From an uncultured bacterium (GTDB lineage: Bacteria > Omnitrophota > Omnitrophia > Omnitrophales > Aquincolibacteriaceae), in NCBI GenBank assembly GCA_964482725.1, contig CAYZYT010000013.1, forward strand, positions 1,465 to 65,464: a stretch of 64,000 nt of DNA, given 5' to 3'. The translations under genes were made by a program, and so were the position numbers. The notes beneath the pieces are model-generated. The model saw only the letters and a program-made list of their open reading frames with translations, made no database searches and was not told the DNA's origin. Below, one piece after another: positions 61,870 to 64,000 of this stretch (position 1 is the first letter of the stretch; every line of letters begins with the position of its first letter).

Positions 61870-62922
61870 TTAAGCCCTCATCAGCCATACCAGGGTCTCC
61901 AAGTGCCTCGTCCGCGGAAAAAAGTCAAACGGCAGGATCTTCCGAACCTGCCAGCCGACCTGTGCCAGGTGTTTCAGATCGCGCGCCAGGGATTCGGGCG
62001 AACAGGATAAATAAAATAAAGACTGAAGATCTTTTGCTTGCCCGAGCGTCTCGATCGCGGAGCCTGCAAGCCCGCCGCGCGGCGGATCGATCAAAGCGAC
62101 GCAGGGTTTTCCGTCCAACTCCTTCAGAACCTCCGGCAAATGGATTTCGACCTGCCCTTCAAGGATCCTCACATGGTTCAGCTTGTGATGTTGGACATTG
62201 TAATGGGCCAGCTTCACAGAATCACACCCGGATTCGATCATCACCACTTCCGTGGCACGATCCGCCATAGCGATCCCGAAAAGCCCGACGCCCGAATAAA
62301 GATCCAGGAAAACCGTGTTCTCCTTCCATTCGATCAGGCTTTCGATCCTCGAGACGATCTTTTCCAGGATCGAGAGATTCGCCTGAAAGAACGTATCGAG
62401 CGAATAGAAGATCTTGCGGCCTTTTACGATCGTCCAAAAATAGTCTTCCTCCTTCATTCGAAGCGACCGGCGACCGATTCCTCCCCAAAACACTTTACCT
62501 TCATCGCCCACTCGAACCACCAGATTCGCGACTTTATAATCTTCAGGAAGCTTTCGAACCGCCTCTTCTTTTAATGTGGGAAGGAAATCATTGATCTCGT
62601 TACGGGCAATGGCGCAAACGGTAACTTCCTGGAGCCGCTGGGTCCCGGGCAGCATAAAACCCATCTGCCGTTCTCCGTTATTTCTTTTACGCAATGTAAG
62701 ATCGAGACGATTTCTGTAATGATAGAATTCCGGCGACGGCGTGATCGGTTCAAAGACATCCTCCGGAAGTCCGACTTCCTTTGCTAAAAGTTCCCGAAGG
62801 ATCGCCTCTTTTCGAGCAAGCTCTTCCTCGTAGGGAATGTCCTGATATTGGCATCCACCGCAAGTCCCGAAAAGCGAGCAGAGGGGTTTTACATTTGTGG
62901 ATACAGCTATTGGGGTCAACAT
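61870..62922 (-). CDS. RlmD/TrmA-family RNA (uracil-5)-methyltransferase
   Basis: CSLFGTCGGCQ, YRNR, FFQAN, DLYSGVG, DPPRGG, YLSC, DFFPRT. Confidence 0.92.
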   Translation of the reverse strand: MLTPIAVSTNVKPLCSLFGTCGGCQYQDIPYEEELARKEAILRELLAKEVGLPEDVFEPITPSPEFYHYRNRLDLTLRKRNNGERQMGFMLPGTQRLQEVTVCAIARNEINDFLPTLKEEAVRKLPEDYKVANLVVRVGDEGKVFWGGIGRRSLRMKEEDYFWTIVKGRKIFYSLDTFFQANLSILEKIVSRIESLIEWKENTVFLDLYSGVGLFGIAMADRATEVVMIESGCDSVKLAHYNVQHHKLNHVRILEGQVEIHLPEVLKELDGKPCVALIDPPRGGLAGSAIETLGQAKDLQSLFYLSCSPESLARDLKHLAQVGWQVRKILPFDFFPRTRHLETLVWLMRA

Positions 62923-63060
62923 GATGCGATAGTGTACGGAAGAGGCGTTGCCCCGTCGAGTGCTGTTTTGGGCCGAGCGAAGCTTCCAACTTTAGATCAT
63001 TAGATTTAGCACTTCGGTGGGAGGGATATTGCGCCATTGCAGCTTAAAACACTTCCCAGA

Positions 63061-64000
63061 TTATTGCGTCCCGCCAACATTCTTGAGTTTAGGATATTTA
63101 TTATCAGCCTTCCTGAATTCCCAGACAAGAGGATCCCAGGAACGCAAGGGTTCTTTAGTGGGATCGTATGCGTCGCCACTGACGGTGAACGCCAGAACGT
63201 TCGCCGACGCACAGCTCGAAACGCCGCACGGAACAACGGATGATAAATTTTTCGCTTTATCCCACCTGACCTTTGTGGCACTAAAGGTACTCATAACGAG
63301 TTGGCCAACCAAAGCGCCGCTATAATCAGCAGCAGTATTCGGCGGAGACGGAATGATCTTTGCTAAAACATCGCCCGCAGCAAATGAACGATTAAGGGAT
63401 AGCGTAGAATTAATTAAACCGACCAGGCCGCCCACGGCGGCATTACCAGTTGCGGTGCCAGTGGCATACGAATTATTGATTGTGACATTCCCCACACAAG
63501 CACCGACCAAGCCCCCAGAATCCCAAGTATTCGCTGTTGCAGCACCCGAAGCATACGAATTATTTATTGTGGATAAATTGCGCACCACACCGACCAACCC
63601 ACCAACAATATCCGGGCCAGTCACAGTAACTTTGCCGTACGAATTATTGATCGTGGAATTCGACAGTTGGCCGACCAATCCGCCAATATAATATTGCCAA
63701 CCCGACACAGTACCGCTGGCATACGAATTATTAATTGTAGAAGAATTGTACGCTAGACCGACCAATCCGCCGACATTAGTCACACCGCTTACGCTTTCGC
63801 CTATAAGCCCCACACCCGTAATCGTTGCCCCGCTTGTCCCGCCGAATAATCCCACGCTGTTAGTTTCGCGATTGATCGTAAGGCCTATGATCGGGTACCC
63901 CTTGCCGTCAAACCTGCCGGTAAACGGATTCGTGCAGGAATCCTCCGAAGCTCCAATCGAACACCCCAAAGGCTTAAATCCTTTGTCTCCAAGATCCTCT
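63061..64000 (-). CDS. GLUG-repeat surface protein, 5'-truncated by window edge
   Basis: Frame open to 63999 (EDLGDKGFKPLG...FTGRFDGKG); repeated VGGLVG...TINNSYA; C-terminal YPKL. Confidence 0.85.
   Translation of the reverse strand, partial: EDLGDKGFKPLGCSIGASEDSCTNPFTGRFDGKGYPIIGLTINRETNSVGLFGGTSGATITGVGLIGESVSGVTNVGGLVGLAYNSSTINNSYASGTVSGWQYYIGGLVGQLSNSTINNSYGKVTVTGPDIVGGLVGVVRNLSTINNSYASGAATANTWDSGGLVGACVGNVTINNSYATGTATGNAAVGGLVGLINSTLSLNRSFAAGDVLAKIIPSPPNTAADYSGALVGQLVMSTFSATKVRWDKAKNLSSVVPCGVSSCASANVLAFTVSGDAYDPTKEPLRSWDPLVWEFRKADNKYPKLKNVGGTQ

Overview
Bacterial chromosomal window of moderate GC with strong minus-strand gene bias (only four confident plus-strand genes). Gene families suggest a diderm PVC-superphylum organism, most likely Omnitrophota (inference). 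The left end holds a large minus-strand gene that the ORF track misses because it runs off the window (4915 to <1, >=1638 aa). It has a signal-like N-terminus, an Ig-like module and ~103 copies of a 13-aa GVNWxD/G repeat. It is translationally coupled to an exported non-catalytic FGE/C-type-lectin-fold protein and lies downstream of a minimal ExeA / GspC-like / secretin / TPR module. The middle contains malQ, LemA-TPM-TPM, an orphan TpsB, efp and three paralogous exported TTYYPAP proteins with a conserved N-terminus and unrelated, partly phage-tail-like C-termini; two of these arose by a tandem duplication that left an efp fragment. Housekeeping genes follow (pdxJ, cdaAR, ruvCAB, yebC, folP, ftsH, tilS with a tRNA-CAT, lptF, dsbD, tpx, queF). 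The right part has an Rrf2-led sulfate-assimilation/Cys/Met cluster, RNA modification genes and a truncated GLUG-repeat surface protein. Several families of small palindromic elements occur, including one in-frame insertion in a coding sequence and a TIR-bounded pair sitting between stop codons and ribosome-binding sites. No CRISPR array, integrase, transposase or reverse transcriptase was seen.
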